A stretch of 61,762 nucleotides of DNA, filler included, from Choristocarpus tenellus KU-1152 (GCA_964200185.2; 13 parts of 13 records of this genome joined end to end with filler, not necessarily neighbours in it); one strand, 5' to 3'; shown: positions 1-14,099, counted from the first letter of the whole stretch. The notes: generated from the sequence alone by a model not told the origin. Numbers and translations are program-made.

Positions 1-1091
1 TGTGTAGAAAAAAAAGAATTTGTAGTTGTTGTTCTGTATTTCTCAGCGTGGGTTTTTGTGTTTGTTTTTGGGTTGTTTTTTTTTGGGGGGGGGGGGATTA
101 CATTGAGATACACCTCTGTTTCGATGGGAAAGATACTGTCTCTCTTCTGGGCCTGTGGAAAAGTGATGCGGGGGTACTGGAAAGCAGGGCAACAACTGAA
201 CCATTTGTTGCTTTGTTTGCTATGGCTACTGAAGTGAGAATAATGATTTTTATTATTATTATTATTATTATTTTCACTATTATTTTTATTATTGCTACTA
301 CTATTATTTTAGTTATTATTGTGAAAAATTATGTGTACAAAATTTTGACCGTCAATAATACGAGAGAATTTTCTGAATCACTTTTTTGGTTTTTTCACTG
401 TAAAGTCTTCACGATATAAATGTAGATACATATTTTTTGATTGTGCTTTTAAAAAAAATGTTCAGACCACTTGTCGAAAGAGATACATACTAATTATATA
501 TAGCCTTTTTTGAATGATTTTGTTTTTTTACGCATTGTAAAATATAAGAAAAATGTACGTTATTGTGTTCAAAAGAAGAATTTTTGAGACTGAGCAACCA
601 CCGTTCATCTTTTGTTTTTTTTATTGTGGAAACTGTGGTTCTGGTAAACATTGTTTTGTGGTATATGCCTTTTTGCTTGGTAGATCGTGATTAAAATACC
701 TATGTTGAGCTGACTAAAGAGAGTGGGAATTGCATGTGTGTGTGTGTGTGTGTGTTGGGGGGGGGTTCACGTTAGATATGCTATGTTGTTCTGTTTTCTG
801 GTATTTCCTTTATTTCCAAACTTGAAATTATAGGATTCAAGATTAGTAGTCAACAATGTCCTACTATTTTATTTCTTTGCAAATGATTTGGTTGTACCAC
901 TACAATATTCCAAAAAAAAAAATGTTCATGTACTGCTTTTCTTTTATATATATATATTTTTTTGTTGTTTTTAATTCAAGACTCGACACTTCTGTTGTAC
1001 AATAATTATAATGAATTTATGAGTTTGGATTTATAAGAACCTCTTCTCTTTATTTTTAACATATTGTATGTGTATATGTGTGTATTTGCAG

Positions 1092-1251
1092 GCACGATGA
1101 GGATGTTGACTTTGACTTAGTCACCCCTGTGGGTTGTGTTCCAAAGGAGCAACCGCGTCAAAGGAGGCGTGCGGTTAAGGCTGCTGCTACAGAGCTAGCC
1201 CCAGAGCCAGACCCAGAGCCACCACAGGACAATGTTGACAACGCTAACCAG
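1092..1251 (+). CDS. Isolated putative internal exon of an unknown gene
   Basis: GC-richer island in AT-rich DNA, bounded by tttgcAG| and CAG|gtgact. Open frame HDEDVDFDLVTPVGCVPKEQPRQRRRAVKAAATELAPEPDPEPPQDNVDNANQ. No recognisable domain. Confidence 0.45.
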
Positions 1252-2217
1252 GTGACTCGAAAACATGAGGTTTGAGAAGTGCGGGGGTAATTATGTAGAT
1301 AAAATCGATAATCTTGAGAACAAAGTAGAATCACTCTCAGTGAGTAAAGTAGTAAGTGTAGAATGAATGTACATTTTTTTTTTTGGGGGGGGGGGCAACA
1401 CGAGTACTTGTATCGATCAATAGAGCCAGTTTATTATTGGGAAATGGTTAGGATCATCAGAGGAGCTTTTTGTGCTTAAAACGTACAGTATATATTATTA
1501 TTATTATTATTACTGTTCAGGACAACGGCGTTACCAATTCATCACCATGAAATAGAGCCGGTTTAGAAGTTGTGAAGAGAAAGAAAAAAAAAATAACGAC
1601 CTCTCGTGGATGATTTTTCAGCAGTTTTTGTATAGGTCTGTGAGAGGGTTTTTGTATTGCATTGCATGCTTGTTCATCACGCTGAGAGTGAACAGAATCA
1701 TTTTTTCATATTCTGGAGTGAAATAAATAGATTATTGTGTTCATATTTTTTATTTTATGAAAGAATTGAAAAAAAAAAACTAAAAAAGAAGATGACGAAA
1801 GTGTACTGCTGAGTGGAGTAAGTGTATGGTATACATACAAATAGAATTAAAATTAAATGCAAGTAGAGGAAAATGGATGCACGTATCCCGATTTATTTAT
1901 TTTTTGTTCTATTCCGTTTTTTTATTCCGTTGCTATTCCATGACGAGAATGATCAACATGTTTGATGATGATACTGATTATATGAATCGATGTACTGTGG
2001 TGGGTGGGAAGGATAAGGCGGGGGGTGGAGATAGAGGCAACACGGAGGACGAGGAGGAGGAGGGAAAGAAAGAAAAATTAAAAGAGGAAGAAGAAAAAGA
2101 ACAAAAAGAAGAGGAAGGCGGGGAGAAAGCAGTTGAGGCTGGAGACAGGCAAGTTTGCCCTCCTACATGAACAGAGAATGATGGCGTGGTAGTACTTACT
2201 GGTGACTCGTAATCGAA

Positions 2218-2412
2218 AGAATGAATAATGATTAAATGAATGAATAATGATTAAATGGATGAATAATGATTGAATGATAAATGAATGAATAATGATTAAA
2301 TTAATGAATAATGATTGAATGAATAAATAATTGAATGAATGATTAAATGAATGAATAATTGAATGAATGGATGATGTAAGGGATCATTGAATGAGTAATT
2401 GAAGGAATGAAT
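2218..2412. repeat. GAAT-based minisatellite (about 19-nt unit ATGAATAATGATTAAATGA)
   Basis: Directly visible degenerate tandem array. Confidence 0.85.
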
Positions 2413-2664
2413 ACATGTATGCACGTATTTACATCTATCTGTATCGGTTTCACGTAGGAAAATGAAGTGAAGAGGGGGACAAAAGTAATGTGAGATACTC
2501 TGTCAATATAGATATACTGCCAACAAACGGTAACAGTTGTACAGGTAGATCTAACGATAAATATAGCCAGTTTTTTCCCAACTTTCCCCCCCTTCCCCCC
2601 CCCCCCCCCCCCCCCAAAACCCCCACCCCAACCCCCCCCCCCACCCCCCCCACCCCACCAACCC

Positions 2665-2764
2665 NNNNNNNNNNNNNNNNNNNNNNNNNNNNNNNNNNNN
2701 NNNNNNNNTTAATTAATTAANNNNNNNNNNNNNNNNNNNNNNNNNNNNNNNNNNNNNNNNNNNN
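2665..2764. other. Artificial contig-concatenation linker (44N-TTAATTAATTAA-44N); first of 12
   Basis: Identical 100-nt spacers at 2665, 8666, 13025, 15860, 20987, 25352, 28580, 35377, 43383, 49304, 54635 and 57278. TTAATTAATTAA places stops in all six frames. Small scaffold gaps also occur at 24341-24350 and 47352-47360. Confidence 0.97.
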
Positions 2765-4324
2765 CCCTCCCCCCCTCTGCCTTTTTATTGACTTGCAGTG
2801 ATTATCCTACTGTTGGGCACTCTCCTTTTGTTTATCACTTTCTTTCACTGTGGCGACTTGTTCCTAATTGTAAAAGAAAGAAAAATGCCTACAAAGGCTT
2901 CCTTTAATGGCCATACCCCCCCTGTTTCTTTCTTAGGTGTAACTTCCCATCTTTAACAGTAGCCTTTTATTCACACCATTATCCCATATTTGTACTCAGG
3001 GTGTTGTAGGAGGTATAGTTATTCATTTCCCTAGCCCCCTGTTTATATTAGTGCGCCCTTCTTTATTCGCATATTTCTGTTATGTTCTCATCCAGTCCAT
3101 TTTTCTTCCAACTATTGCATCTCATATATATATATATATATATTTCTTTTAACATACATCTACTACCAATCCCAAATTCTTACTTTCGAGACGTTTACCC
3201 CACCTAAAATTCCCACCTACTGCATGTCCATCCGGGACTCTGCCATTATCTGTACTTAATCTCGTAGCTGTGACTCAACCTGGAATCTCCACCTACCCTG
3301 TGGCCTCATTCGGTACTCTGGAATCCTATGTAGATTTTCTTATTTGTTTTGTTTTCTATGCCACATTATTTCCCAGTTTGTAGCTATAACCCATAAATTC
3401 TATGGGTAGTCATAACGACATAACCACTGATTCAGATGGAGCCTGTGCTCAGTAAACGTCCATCACTAACCTCTTAACTTCCACGCGTTATCCTTAAACG
3501 AAATGGGCCCCTCTACCTCATCCTACAGTGAGCCCACGCATTTGATTTTCTTTTTCTCCATTGGGTTAGGTTGAACGATGCAAGAAGCGGAAAAACAAAT
3601 CCACGCGATCCCAACGATCGATATAAACCTAGCATCAGTCCCGGCCCTATCGTTCGAGCGATATCTAAAAATGCACTTACTCCACGAGATTAGCGCAGGT
3701 ACACTAGTCCGCCCCCGAACCATTAACTTTCCCCTCTTTATCGTGATCTCCATGGGCTAACCATGTTTGTGGCATAACCGGCACACTCTACTCCTACTTT
3801 CCGTCACCCTCTTGGACTTGTAGCTCTGGCAGGGCTCTCAACCCTTTCCCTTATCTCACTCCACCATTACGTCGTGGTCCATCTTTCGTACTTTTCTTGT
3901 CCTATGGATTTTTCCCGATAACCCTTGTATTATGTCTGAATCTACCTACTTCACTACCCGTATTCCATACCTACCCTACACCTATCCACACTGTTATTCA
4001 TCGTCTCATTCACCAGCCCCCTTACCTTGTCGGGTTATGTCTTGATCCAATCTGGTGAGAAGCTTGCTGGGAGGTTGCCTTGGTCTCCTCTCCTCGTCTT
4101 GTAACCCTCATTTTCTTTCCTTTTATCACTCACTGGCTGCTGTCCTTCCCTTTATCTACCACTCATTTCCATTAACCAATTTCATCCCTTCCTTAACTAT
4201 TCCTTCTCTTCCTGATTCCTTCTTTTCTTTCCCCTACCCACGCTTGTCCTGTGCCCCCAACCAACCAGATTTTTTCTGCCCACAAAACTCAGATTACTTC
4301 ATAAACTCTCACATTGTTTGCATT

Positions 4325-4368
4325 TGTTAGAACACGAGAAGAAATGCTCGCGCTACTCGCCTCTAACA
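4325..4368 (-). mobile_element. LTR 5'-terminal fragment (same family as 26212-26748)
   Basis: Reverse complement TGTTAGAGGCGAGTAGCGCGAGCATTTCTTCTCGTGTTCTA matches the start of the solo LTR at 26212. Confidence 0.7.
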
Positions 4369-4887
4369 AGTTGTGTCTTTTTAACCTTTCTCGGAATCCT
4401 TGTAAGTGCAACCCTAACTCCCCTCTCAATGGGTTTGACTCTCTATCCCTTACCCCTTCATTCCTTAACTCTGGTCCACCTTCCTTTGCCCCTTTCCATA
4501 TCTCTGCAAGAAGATTCGGGAGTCGTATCTCGTTCCAATCTCTGCCAATAAGTCTGTGTTGTTTGTAGCCTCTCTTTTAAATAAAAAATACTCAAAAACA
4601 TTTAACCAGGGAATAGGTACGCCACATGCGAAAGATATGGATTTATCTCTATGAGGTTTGAAGTGACAACAGGGCGAGGTTGAAGTTCAAGAGTCTTTAT
4701 TATAGTCATAATTTTGAACGAGATACGATACTTTATACCTGTTCCTCAAATATCAACACAGTAATGCAACACAATACTATACTACCCAAACCCTATAATA
4801 TTTCCATCATGTAATATGATGATGTATAATGTTTCTTATAGTAGTATTCTTATGTTTAGGACATTTTATATACACATATGTATATAG

Positions 4888-4943
4888 TTTTCATTGTTTT
4901 CCCCCTGACACATCTGCAAAATGTTAGAGGGCATAATAATAAA
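4888..4943 (+). mobile_element. 3'-end relic of CRE-like non-LTR retrotransposon (stem-loop + TAA tail)
   Basis: CCCCTGACACATCTGCAAAATGTTAGAGGGCATAATAATAA matches the 3' end attached to the RLE ORF at 34348-34400. Confidence 0.7.
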
Positions 4944-5556
4944 CATGTATAATGAAAAAAGTTTTGTCACATCCAGTTTTCACTTTGTAGGGGTTATGTG
5001 ATTGGTCTGTTCCCTATTGCGAAATGTATGTAGCATACTACAGGAAAGATTAAGATAAAGTTAAACGCTACTACCGTGAAACTGGGGGTGAAGAGATTCG
5101 TGTGTGTGGAAACCGCGCGTAAAGGTCGTACGTTAATATGAAATATGATATAGTACAGTAGAATAAAAATAATATGTTTCCTCCCTTTTTTTTTCCGTTC
5201 TAGCGTTCTGGATAGGTGAAGTTTGGCATCAGCAGGGTCATCGCACCTCTCACCCGAGGGCACCCCGACCACTGTGTGTTGCAGGGGTCGAGGAACAGAA
5301 GAATTCAAGCTGGATTAATCAGGAGAGCGCTGGAGGGGAGGGTAGGAGATACAGGGCAAAGGTGGAGAGGGGGTAGGTAGGAGATCCTCCGCGACGTTGG
5401 TGAGGAGTGTGGTACTCACCGTTCCAACCTCATCACTAAAGCTCTCTGCTACCGTTCAACATATTGGGGAAGGAGAAGCTCCAAAGCGTGACCTCGGAGA
5501 GGATTCCCGTTCTGAGCTCAGTGACACCTCCAAGTAATTTTGGGGCAGACCTAGCG

Positions 5557-6799
5557 ATGACCGCCCTGGTAAATGGGGTTACGATTGGTAAGGACCCCAA
5601 ATATCGCAACTCCTCCAGGTGCTCCCAAAGCGACGATGTGGCCACTTCGAAGGCACGCGCGTGGATTGAGGGGGTGATTGGTGAGAAGCTGGAGGGGGAA
5701 TTTGGTGCGGCGCTTAAGAGTGGGCAGGCATTATGTCGGCTGATCAATGTTATTCGACCAAAAAGTATCATCAAGGTGGAGAAGTCTGCGACCCCTTTCA
5801 AACAAATGGCTAATATCAGCTCTTTTCTCTCAGCGTGCCGGAAGCTAGGTGTCCCAGAGTACGCACTATTCGAAACACTGGTGAGATTTCCCAAGTAGAA
5901 CTCAACTGTAGCTGTTGCGTGATGGAACGGTAGTTGTCCTCTCCAGTCCAGATTACTTTGCTAGAATCTGATGCCCTATCGAAGGTTAGCTAAGAAGGGT
6001 GCGTAACATTCGAGGATGACTTTATTTCCCACCAAATCTGCGGCCAATGCGTCACCCATCTTCAGTATGGCCATCTTCTCCCGTGTTCACCCCCCTCTCA
6101 ACGTATCCTGCATAACCTACCCGCAGGACCTTTTCAACGAGAAACAAATCCCGCAGGTGGTTCGATGCCTGTATGCGCTCTCCACTATAATTCGCCTCAA
6201 AGTCCCCGAGTTCCAGGGCCCGTACCTAGAGATCCACCAACCCATTCGCCAGAGCTTTGACCCTGCTGCCAAGGCTGCAGTGAATCTCTCTAAGGGTACG
6301 GCCGCCCCTGCATGGGAAAAAGTCCCTGTCGCAGCGTTGGTCACTCGGACTCCGGACCCTGCAAGTCCTCATGTACGGCGGCCTGTCACTCCAGGTCGCA
6401 AGGGTTGCATGGAGAGGAGGACCGTGTCGCTAGCTATTGATCCTGTTATGATGGAAAAGGAAGATTGTGTACCTGAGGAGACTACGCCCCTGCAACCGCT
6501 GATTTCTCCTTCCAATGCGGCAGGCACCCTCACGTATGGTGTGTATGAGGGGGTGGGGAAGAAGGAGACTCCTAAGACAGAACCACGTTCGAGGGGGGAC
6601 AGGGCAGGGGGGTTAGAGGGACAAGAGAGGTTCACACAACGTTCTTCAAGTTTGTCAAAGCACAATCGCGAGAAAGAAAGGAGCTTGAGGAGGGAGGCCA
6701 TTGCTCAGGCGGATGCAGCGATTCTAGCAGCTTGGTGGATTGAGGGGGTAACTGGAGAAACTTTCCCTGGGAAGCTCTGGTCCAGCCTTCGAGATGGAG
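5557..6799 (+). CDS. Tandem calponin-homology (CH) domain protein, partial (exons 5557-5880, 6127-6799; 3' end not in contig)
   Basis: CH motifs ARAWIEGVIG, LKSGQALCRLIN and FKQMANISSFLSACRKLGVPEYALFETL, joined across a phase-0 GT-AG intron (5881-6126) to DLFNEKQIPQVVRCLYAL. A second CH domain starts at WWIEGVTGETF..LRDG before a gtgag donor at 6800. Start codon uncertain. Confidence 0.85.
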
Positions 6800-7278
6800 G
6801 TGAGACACGCAGAATGAGGCAAGAGTGGTCAGAGGAGTGAATGGGGCTCTAAGCATTTGTTACTGTCCAGGTTTTGTTTCATATGCAAAAGGTATGTTTT
6901 AATTGGGAATCCCATTGATGCTTCTCTCTGTGGGAACTGAAAGAGCTATGCTGGTTTGTGGGTCATCTGAGGTCTGACAAGGGCCAATTCTATGTGCAAG
7001 GGTTGTGCTGGATTATGACAGTAAGCTCTTGGATGGTATGTAAGATCGAAAATGATAATAGTACGTGTTTTGGTGGCAGTCTAATCACACAAGAGTCTGG
7101 TTGTATATGAGTGTTTCTGCGACTGTCTTTAAAGCCATACTCCATTTCGTGAAGGCACTTGAGGGTTATCTGGAGTTGCTACTAATGAGGAGTTTAGTGG
7201 CTTTTGGGGGAGTCTCTTACATAACTTGTTTTACACTGCTTCTTAGGGAAGTGAGAATTCAGGAAAAATCATGAGTGT

Positions 7279-7280
<2 letters not shown>

Positions 7281-7331
<51 letters not shown>
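7281..7331. repeat. (AC)n microsatellite
   Basis: About 25 perfect AC units. Confidence 0.95.
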
Positions 7332-7332
<1 letters not shown>

Positions 7333-8765
7333 GTATTGTGGCATGAGATACAGCGGTGGTTGAGGCCTCTGTTATATTTCTCAATGAATGGCAGGGTGTT
7401 TCTGGTGGGAAGACCTGTTATAGGCACTATCAACACCGCATATACATACTGATTGAATAGCTTTGTTGTTTGAGGGAAATTCTGGTGACCCTTGAGATCC
7501 TTCACTTCCTCTGAATGGAGAGAGTATTGAGATGGAGTTCGAGTTCATATTTTTCGGAATAGTTGTTTAGTTAGCACTGTTCAGACCAGGGAAATAAAAC
7601 ACTTCCTTGGTTGGGATCAGTGTGTGACTATGGAAGAAAAGAGTTGAGGATTCTTTTATGGGTACCTTCTACTTTTGCGATCAACTCTTTATTGTCAGAG
7701 CGTTCTGCCTACTCATTTTTTGGTTGGTGGAAATCAGTGATTGCTTGGACTTTTTCGTGGTCTGGCTAGAAAGCAGCACTATTTTTGGCATCGATTATTT
7801 GACTTGTTATCAGTAATTGAAGAATATTGAGAGGCACCTGACAGGCGTATTATTAAAATTTGCCCATTCACACCTGTTTACATCAATCATAATGTGCATC
7901 AACTGTGGAGGCCAGTTAGTTGGAGCTGCAATGACATGACAATAAACTAACCACTACCACTGCGTCTCCTGAAGAAAAAGAGCGCATGTGGGCAGGGGGT
8001 GCGTTGCATACATACGACCTGATTGTATCACACAACTCGTCTCTTGGTGCACACAATTCTCTGGACTAATGTTGCACCTCAAGACGGAGGAAAAGAGTTG
8101 GTGCCTGTCTTCATTAGGACTATTTTTTTTTACCAGGTTGATGGTGATTGTTAAACTGAAATAGTATTTAAAAATACGCACTGTCAGGTGCCTTGAATTT
8201 TTGTAACCTCACGAGAGAGAGTGAACCGGCCCTACGTGGCTGCTGGGATATTTGTTGACACAAGAGCCTTGTTGGGACCTCTCCCACCTGATTTTGGATA
8301 TCAAGCATGTTTGAGGTTGTGCCTTTTGCCCTTGTAGACGGACTACTACAATGTAAGCAAAAAGGAACTTTCTTTGTATTTTTGCTTGTTCTTCAATCGT
8401 GGAGTGTATCCCCCGGTGGAATCCCGTTGATAGGGTGGAAGAGTCAATTATTTAGTGAACGCCTCATATTGTTAATCCTTGATCCTTCCTGAGTTAATGG
8501 AACCCCTTACATTTTGATGATTTGGCCTTGGTTTTTGTGAGGTGAGGTGGGGTGAGAGTAAGGGAAGGGTTAAGTCTGTTAGACCCGAGATGGCCACTTT
8601 TTTTGGGGGGGGGGGAGGGGAAGATGTGTACTTATTGGTTTATGCTATGTCAGGTCCTACATTGGNNNNNNNNNNNNNNNNNNNNNNNNNNNNNNNNNNN
8701 NNNNNNNNNTTAATTAATTAANNNNNNNNNNNNNNNNNNNNNNNNNNNNNNNNNNNNNNNNNNNN

Positions 8766-9081
8766 CAACCATAAGCCTTTATTCTTCAACTTCTTAGTGA
8801 CTTTGACATTTTCCTCTGTAATGTTAGGTAGGTATTCCGAATCTTACTCTGCATCTCCTTAAAATGATCACTTCTTCTGTAAGGGTTACCTATGTGTTAC
8901 TAATATCGTATATAGTTCGCACTTGTCAGAACTCGAGAAACAATCTTCACACTGTATGTCTATTACAAATGTTCGTATTTCCTAACACATGAGGATAAAA
9001 TGCTCGCGCTATTCGTGTGTAACAAATGCTCAGACTTTGTTGAAATACAAGAAGAAATGCTCGCGCTATTCGCCTGTAACA
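8766..9081 (-). mobile_element. Partial LTR (family of 26212-26748) with duplicated terminal motif
   Basis: Ends in GCTCGCGCTATTCGCCTGTAACA at 9081, with a second copy of the motif about 57 nt upstream. Shares internal blocks with 33296-33763. Confidence 0.75.
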
Positions 9082-9499
9082 GAAGCACCGGCGAATGTGC
9101 TGGCAAGACGGCCTTGAGGAGTTTGGAATCATGGCTCAGGGATGGAGCACAGTTGCAACAAACCAGGAACACAAGGCATATGAGTACCTTGTTGATGGAA
9201 CAAATCGTTCATGGTCAATTGGCATGCCAGAGAAGCTGAAAAGGCTGACGTGTGTTGTGCTAAAGTACCAGCTAGTACAGCCTAGGCAGAGCAGGGTGTA
9301 CACACAGTCACCGCTGCGTACTGAATGTTGTTTTTCTCCTTGTCTCTTTTATCTGAATGAAATATTCTTGCACATCCTTCTTTCATTGGTGTGGATATGT
9401 GATGAGTGGTGTAGGGATTGGATGGTACCTGTGTGACACAAAAATTTAACTTTTCTGCACCTTTTCTGTAGGAAACTATAACGAGGTTAACAACCCTTC

Positions 9500-12400
9500 T
9501 CCCAGATGGGATTTAACTGTCCACTCTTTTTTAAAGAGAGCTGTAGACGACTTACTTACCCACATTAGCTTGACGTGTGATGTAGTTGATATTCCAATTT
9601 GTGGTATCACCTGCCTCGTGGAGGATTAGGAGAGATAAACACTTGAATGCTGCTTGGTGGTGTTCATTAGGATAAAGTATAGAGTATGTTAACATCTTGT
9701 CGTATCAGAAGTATCCTATCCATCCTGCCCCAGACAACGTACTCTGCCCCTTCGCTCGAATGAGCAACCATAGGCTGGGTCCCAGAAAGCCAAGTAACTT
9801 CTGCTCCCCCCTACATTACACCACCACCAGAAATAGAACCCATTAAACATCCAATAAGGGCTATTTTTCACTTGAAGAATTGTTTAGAGTCAGTTGACTG
9901 AAGGCTTGATGGTACATCAGTGTTGCCAACAGCACTTGTGTCCAACAACCCCTCAAACTCATTAGACATTGCCTCTTTACATACTGGCCAGTAATTCCAA
10001 CTCGCAAGCTTCATGGTACGATAGTGATACTCGACCTAGCTCTCAAGTAAGACTACCGTGAAGTGGGATACTCATCAGCACAGGTTCTGAGCTCAGCTGT
10101 GCAGCTAGAGCAGAAGTTATTGAGTTCCTATCTGTATCGACTGAAAGGGATATGGCATTTCTACTCATAGATCCACTCCCTTCAACTCTTGCACATGTTT
10201 CTGTCAGTCCTACCTAACTCAATATGAGATTTGGACCGAGTTGGGAAGGAAATGTTTTGCTGAAGGACTGCCAAGCGAGCTGCTGTTGTCTCAAATATCA
10301 TCAAACATATCCTACACACCCTTTTGCAATCTCCGGCCGTATCAACAGACAGACTCTTATCAACTTGACTTCCCTCCCCAACATCAAGGGGAAAACCATC
10401 AATTAAAATGTCGCCTACGTTGCTGAAGGATACAGTCTCTTACCTCGTTACCACCAATGCAAGAAAAGAAGTCAGATTGGGATGCAGGGAAGGAGTCATA
10501 TGAACGAACAAGTTTTACAATCTAGTGGTTAGGCCACCTGTGGTGGGAATGAGAAGGTCTTTGCTGACAAGAGAATCAGCACTACCTCCGCTACCCTTTG
10601 GACACTAGAGGCAACCTCCCCTACAGAGTCAACACTCAGGTCCTTAGTGGACCATCTGGTCAGGTGATACGTTGTTGTGGTAACGATCTGAGTGAGAACA
10701 CAATTCGCATTGTGGGGATGATTACTCCCCAGCATCAGGTAAAATCACCGTTGTGCCTTGGGAAAGGTCTTATGAGCCTAGTTAAGGCGGAAAAAAACAG
10801 ATTGAAGAAGCTGGTAGGTTCGCAAAGGTGCAGGCGATCCATTACACATTTCAAACGCAATCTACAGCCAGAATTAGACGCGGTCGAGGTGCAGTTGGGC
10901 AATCACATATAAAATGTCGAGTCTCAATCCAAACTGAGTCCGTTTAGGGAAGGGTACATGTAGAAACAGCGATGGGCGTGTACACGAGTGGCTAGTGAAG
11001 CTCCATCGATTATTCTAAGCATGTTCTGTAACACCATAAAATCGACGGCATCTTTTGAGAGTAAAACAACCGTCAAGTCACCATAATCCACACTAGGGGT
11101 AGGGATTATGCTGGTGGTATGCATTTCGTAATTTGTTGACCAGGATCACAGGGTGTGGTTGTATATGAACCCCTAGGAAAGGAAAATGTGGCATTAAGAT
11201 GCATTGTCATAAATCCACTTTTCTTATTTTTGCTCCCCCAAACACTCGACACCAACCACGTTTTCAAACTAGACTCGTCTCGACCACTGTTGTTAGGTAG
11301 AATTTCCCTTGGTGACCAACCATCAACGCGAATTGCTCCTGATCATTACAAGCTATTGGTGGTAGTTTGAAGCATTCGCCCTTGGTCACCTACTGTCCTC
11401 CTGGACCCTCTTTTTCTTCCATAGATACCAATATGGTCATAAAGACCGACGCAGGTACATGTGACAAGATGGGGAACACATCTGTGACACTTTTCTACCT
11501 ATTCTACTTGGGGAAATACTCAACAATCTTCTCAAGTCCAGGATCTTCCCTTCCGTTTCCTACACAAAATTATTCTCAGATATCAAAGAAACAGAATCAC
11601 AATTACTTCTTTTTTGTCGGTCTTTTCATTTCAAATTTTAATGTTCTTTCGAACTCCTTGGCCTCTCCTGGTTCTGAATATCTTCGAATCACTTCTGGAT
11701 CTTGTCCATCTCTTCAAATAATGTAATGTTCTCCCAAAAATATCAGAAAGGAGAGTGAATATATTCTGCGAATCTAAGGTCCATATTTTCGTCTCAACAA
11801 TCCAACCACTCGTCCAACTCTTAAGCACCAAGAAACCGATAAAAAAAATCTTTGTCACACATCACAAATCCATCACCCTCATCCTTACGTTCCTTACCGT
11901 TGTAGAACATCAACTTCATACAACCAGATGAGTGCATTCGTCCCCTTCTGAACCTTTATTGAAGAAAATTTAATTGAACATGATTTTGCAGTTCCCTACT
12001 ACTTGATCAAGTATGAACCAGATCTCAACGACTTGGAAAGATGATTTGGTTGGGCTGTTGTGGGAGAAAGACATGACATTTGTGGCCTTGGCTACTAAGG
12101 CAACATCTAGAGTTTTATAACCCTTCTGAGCCATGGAAATATCCACTTCCCCAACCCTATTAATCGGCAAAAAATCTATGTAGGAGCATTTGAAGTTGAT
12201 TGAGTGTGTTTTTCCAGTAGTTAATGAACGAACTTGTTAGTAGTCTGCTTGTCATACCTTCGCTTTGCAGGTTTCCTAGATCTGTATTTCGGCCTCCTGG
12301 CTTGTGGGTGACCTGGAGACACACAAAACCCATTTTCCCTCTTGATACAACCAGTATAATTGATAGCATATATCACAGGCATCATCTTGGCAAGACTCTC

Positions 12401-12600
12401 TTGAACCCTTGGCACAACAGATACATAGTTGGCCTATAGCATGCAACACAGTAAAAATAGCCTAGAGACTTCTTCCTTCCTCCCCTTCCCCAGAGATCTG
12501 ATCTATGTTGTCACCTCTCCCGATGTAGACACACAAACTTCTTCGGGAACAGCACCTTCACAATTTGCTGAGCCTCTCAGTTATGGAAGTATTACGGTCA
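9500..12600 (-). mobile_element. Highly degenerate Ty1/Copia internal region (boundaries approximate)
   Basis: Minus-strand fragments lie in Copia order: protease-like IIDGASLATRVH (about 11000), integrase C-terminal LMLGSNHPHN..TYHLTRW (about 10700), pre-RT WPVCKEAMSNEFEGLLD (about 9940-9990). Many stops and frameshifts. Confidence 0.5.
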
Positions 12601-13802
12601 AAAGAGTTTGAAAAACAGCAAAACGAAGCAAGAATCAAAGGTTTGGGGGATGTACTGTTTTGAAAGCGAAGGTAGTAGTAATACAATATTCATACGACTT
12701 ACAACAAAAGGTGAAGAATGGTCTACATATGCCCGAAAGTTGTGTTGTGACTCGAGAGATTTATTGCTATGAGTTAGATCGGCTCGAAAGTACTTAGAAG
12801 TACTCGACTTAAATTCAAAACGCAGCGCACGAATTGGGACGTGCTTCCTTCAACATATGGGGGGTAGTTATTTTTTTGCTAGATATCTGACGATGGAGGA
12901 CCTCGAAACGAGATTGATGCTCCTGTCCGATTGCCTTCCTATGGCAGAGTATAACCTTTTTGTTCATTGATGCCCTCTCAATTGCATGGCAGCGACTGAC
13001 CCAAAGTATCTGGGAGGGGGGGGGNNNNNNNNNNNNNNNNNNNNNNNNNNNNNNNNNNNNNNNNNNNNTTAATTAATTAANNNNNNNNNNNNNNNNNNNN
13101 NNNNNNNNNNNNNNNNNNNNNNNNTATATCAAGCTGTTCTTTGTCCTTCATTAAAGCACCATAAAAGCCGCGGGTCCAGTGTGGGATAGTTCAACAGTCC
13201 CAACCCAGTGTCTGGGTTTGAGTGGTGTAAAGGAGCAGTATGATATGGAGGATCGAGGAGATAACCAATTATGATACTTGAACAGCCATGTAGGATGCAT
13301 CAAGCAGAGAGAGTGAACACGAAACGCTAGAGTGACACCTTTCTTTGTCATGCACATTGTGGATTTTCGCGTGCAGTCTGAAATGAATAGCCCAAACTAC
13401 TTGCAAAAGTATGAGAGTTAAGTTTAATAATACCAAGACCTTAATGGTGTTCTTGTTCTACCTTTCCCCACACATCACATTTTCTTGTCTCTTCTTCGAA
13501 GAAGAGGAGGCTCATGAAGCACATGGCGCGTGCACCCTTTGAGAATAGAATATATGTACAAGGTTGCACAAATTTATGTCGCGTGTATTGATACTTCGTC
13601 ACATACTTTGAGGTACATGTTCAATACTCTGCAACATATGCAATAATACTAATGCCAACTGCAATTGTATGCATGTATGCGTAAAGAAAGAAATATTAAC
13701 ACCCACGAAAACAATAATTAACTATTGGTGCTTGGCCTGTTGCCGCCTGCCATTTCATATCGTACGCAGATGATGACCTTTGAAAATATCCCTTCCTTGA
13801 TA

Positions 13803-13983
13803 CTTCCTATGTTCGGAATTAAATATAACATACTTTTTGTGGCTTTCACGAATAAGCAAGATTTCTTTTCACATGTTCATATTTCGTGGGTGCTTCCTAT
13901 GTTCGGAATTAAATATAACATACTTTTTGTGGCTTTCACGAATAAGCAAGATTTCTTTTCACATGTTCATATTTCGTGGGTGC
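13803..13983. repeat. Perfect 90-bp tandem duplication
   Basis: CTTCCTATGTTCGG...TTTCGTGGGTG is repeated exactly at 13803 and 13893. Confidence 0.95.
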
Positions 13984-14099
13984 ATTGCGCAGACACTAAA
14001 ATGTTACCCATCAAAATCTCAAGCCAAATGGAGCAGCCTACACCTATCTATATGATTCCGCGCCTGAAGCCCTCCAAAATTCCTAACCAGTATGGTATT

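Noticed and set aside
48-419. 123-aa hydrophobic ORF
   Set aside because: Produced by (ATT)n and poly-T/G low-complexity sequence.
1826-2170. E/K-rich 114-aa ORF
   Set aside because: Purine-rich low complexity with no clear acceptor. It might hide an exon ending at a GC donor (about 2149), but that is unsupported.
2765-4560. Possible DIRS/Ngaro-like retroelement remnant (a similar purine-skewed region lies at 55920-57200)
   Set aside because: Strand-skewed and coding-like, but I could not read a diagnostic RT, RNase H or tyrosine-recombinase motif.
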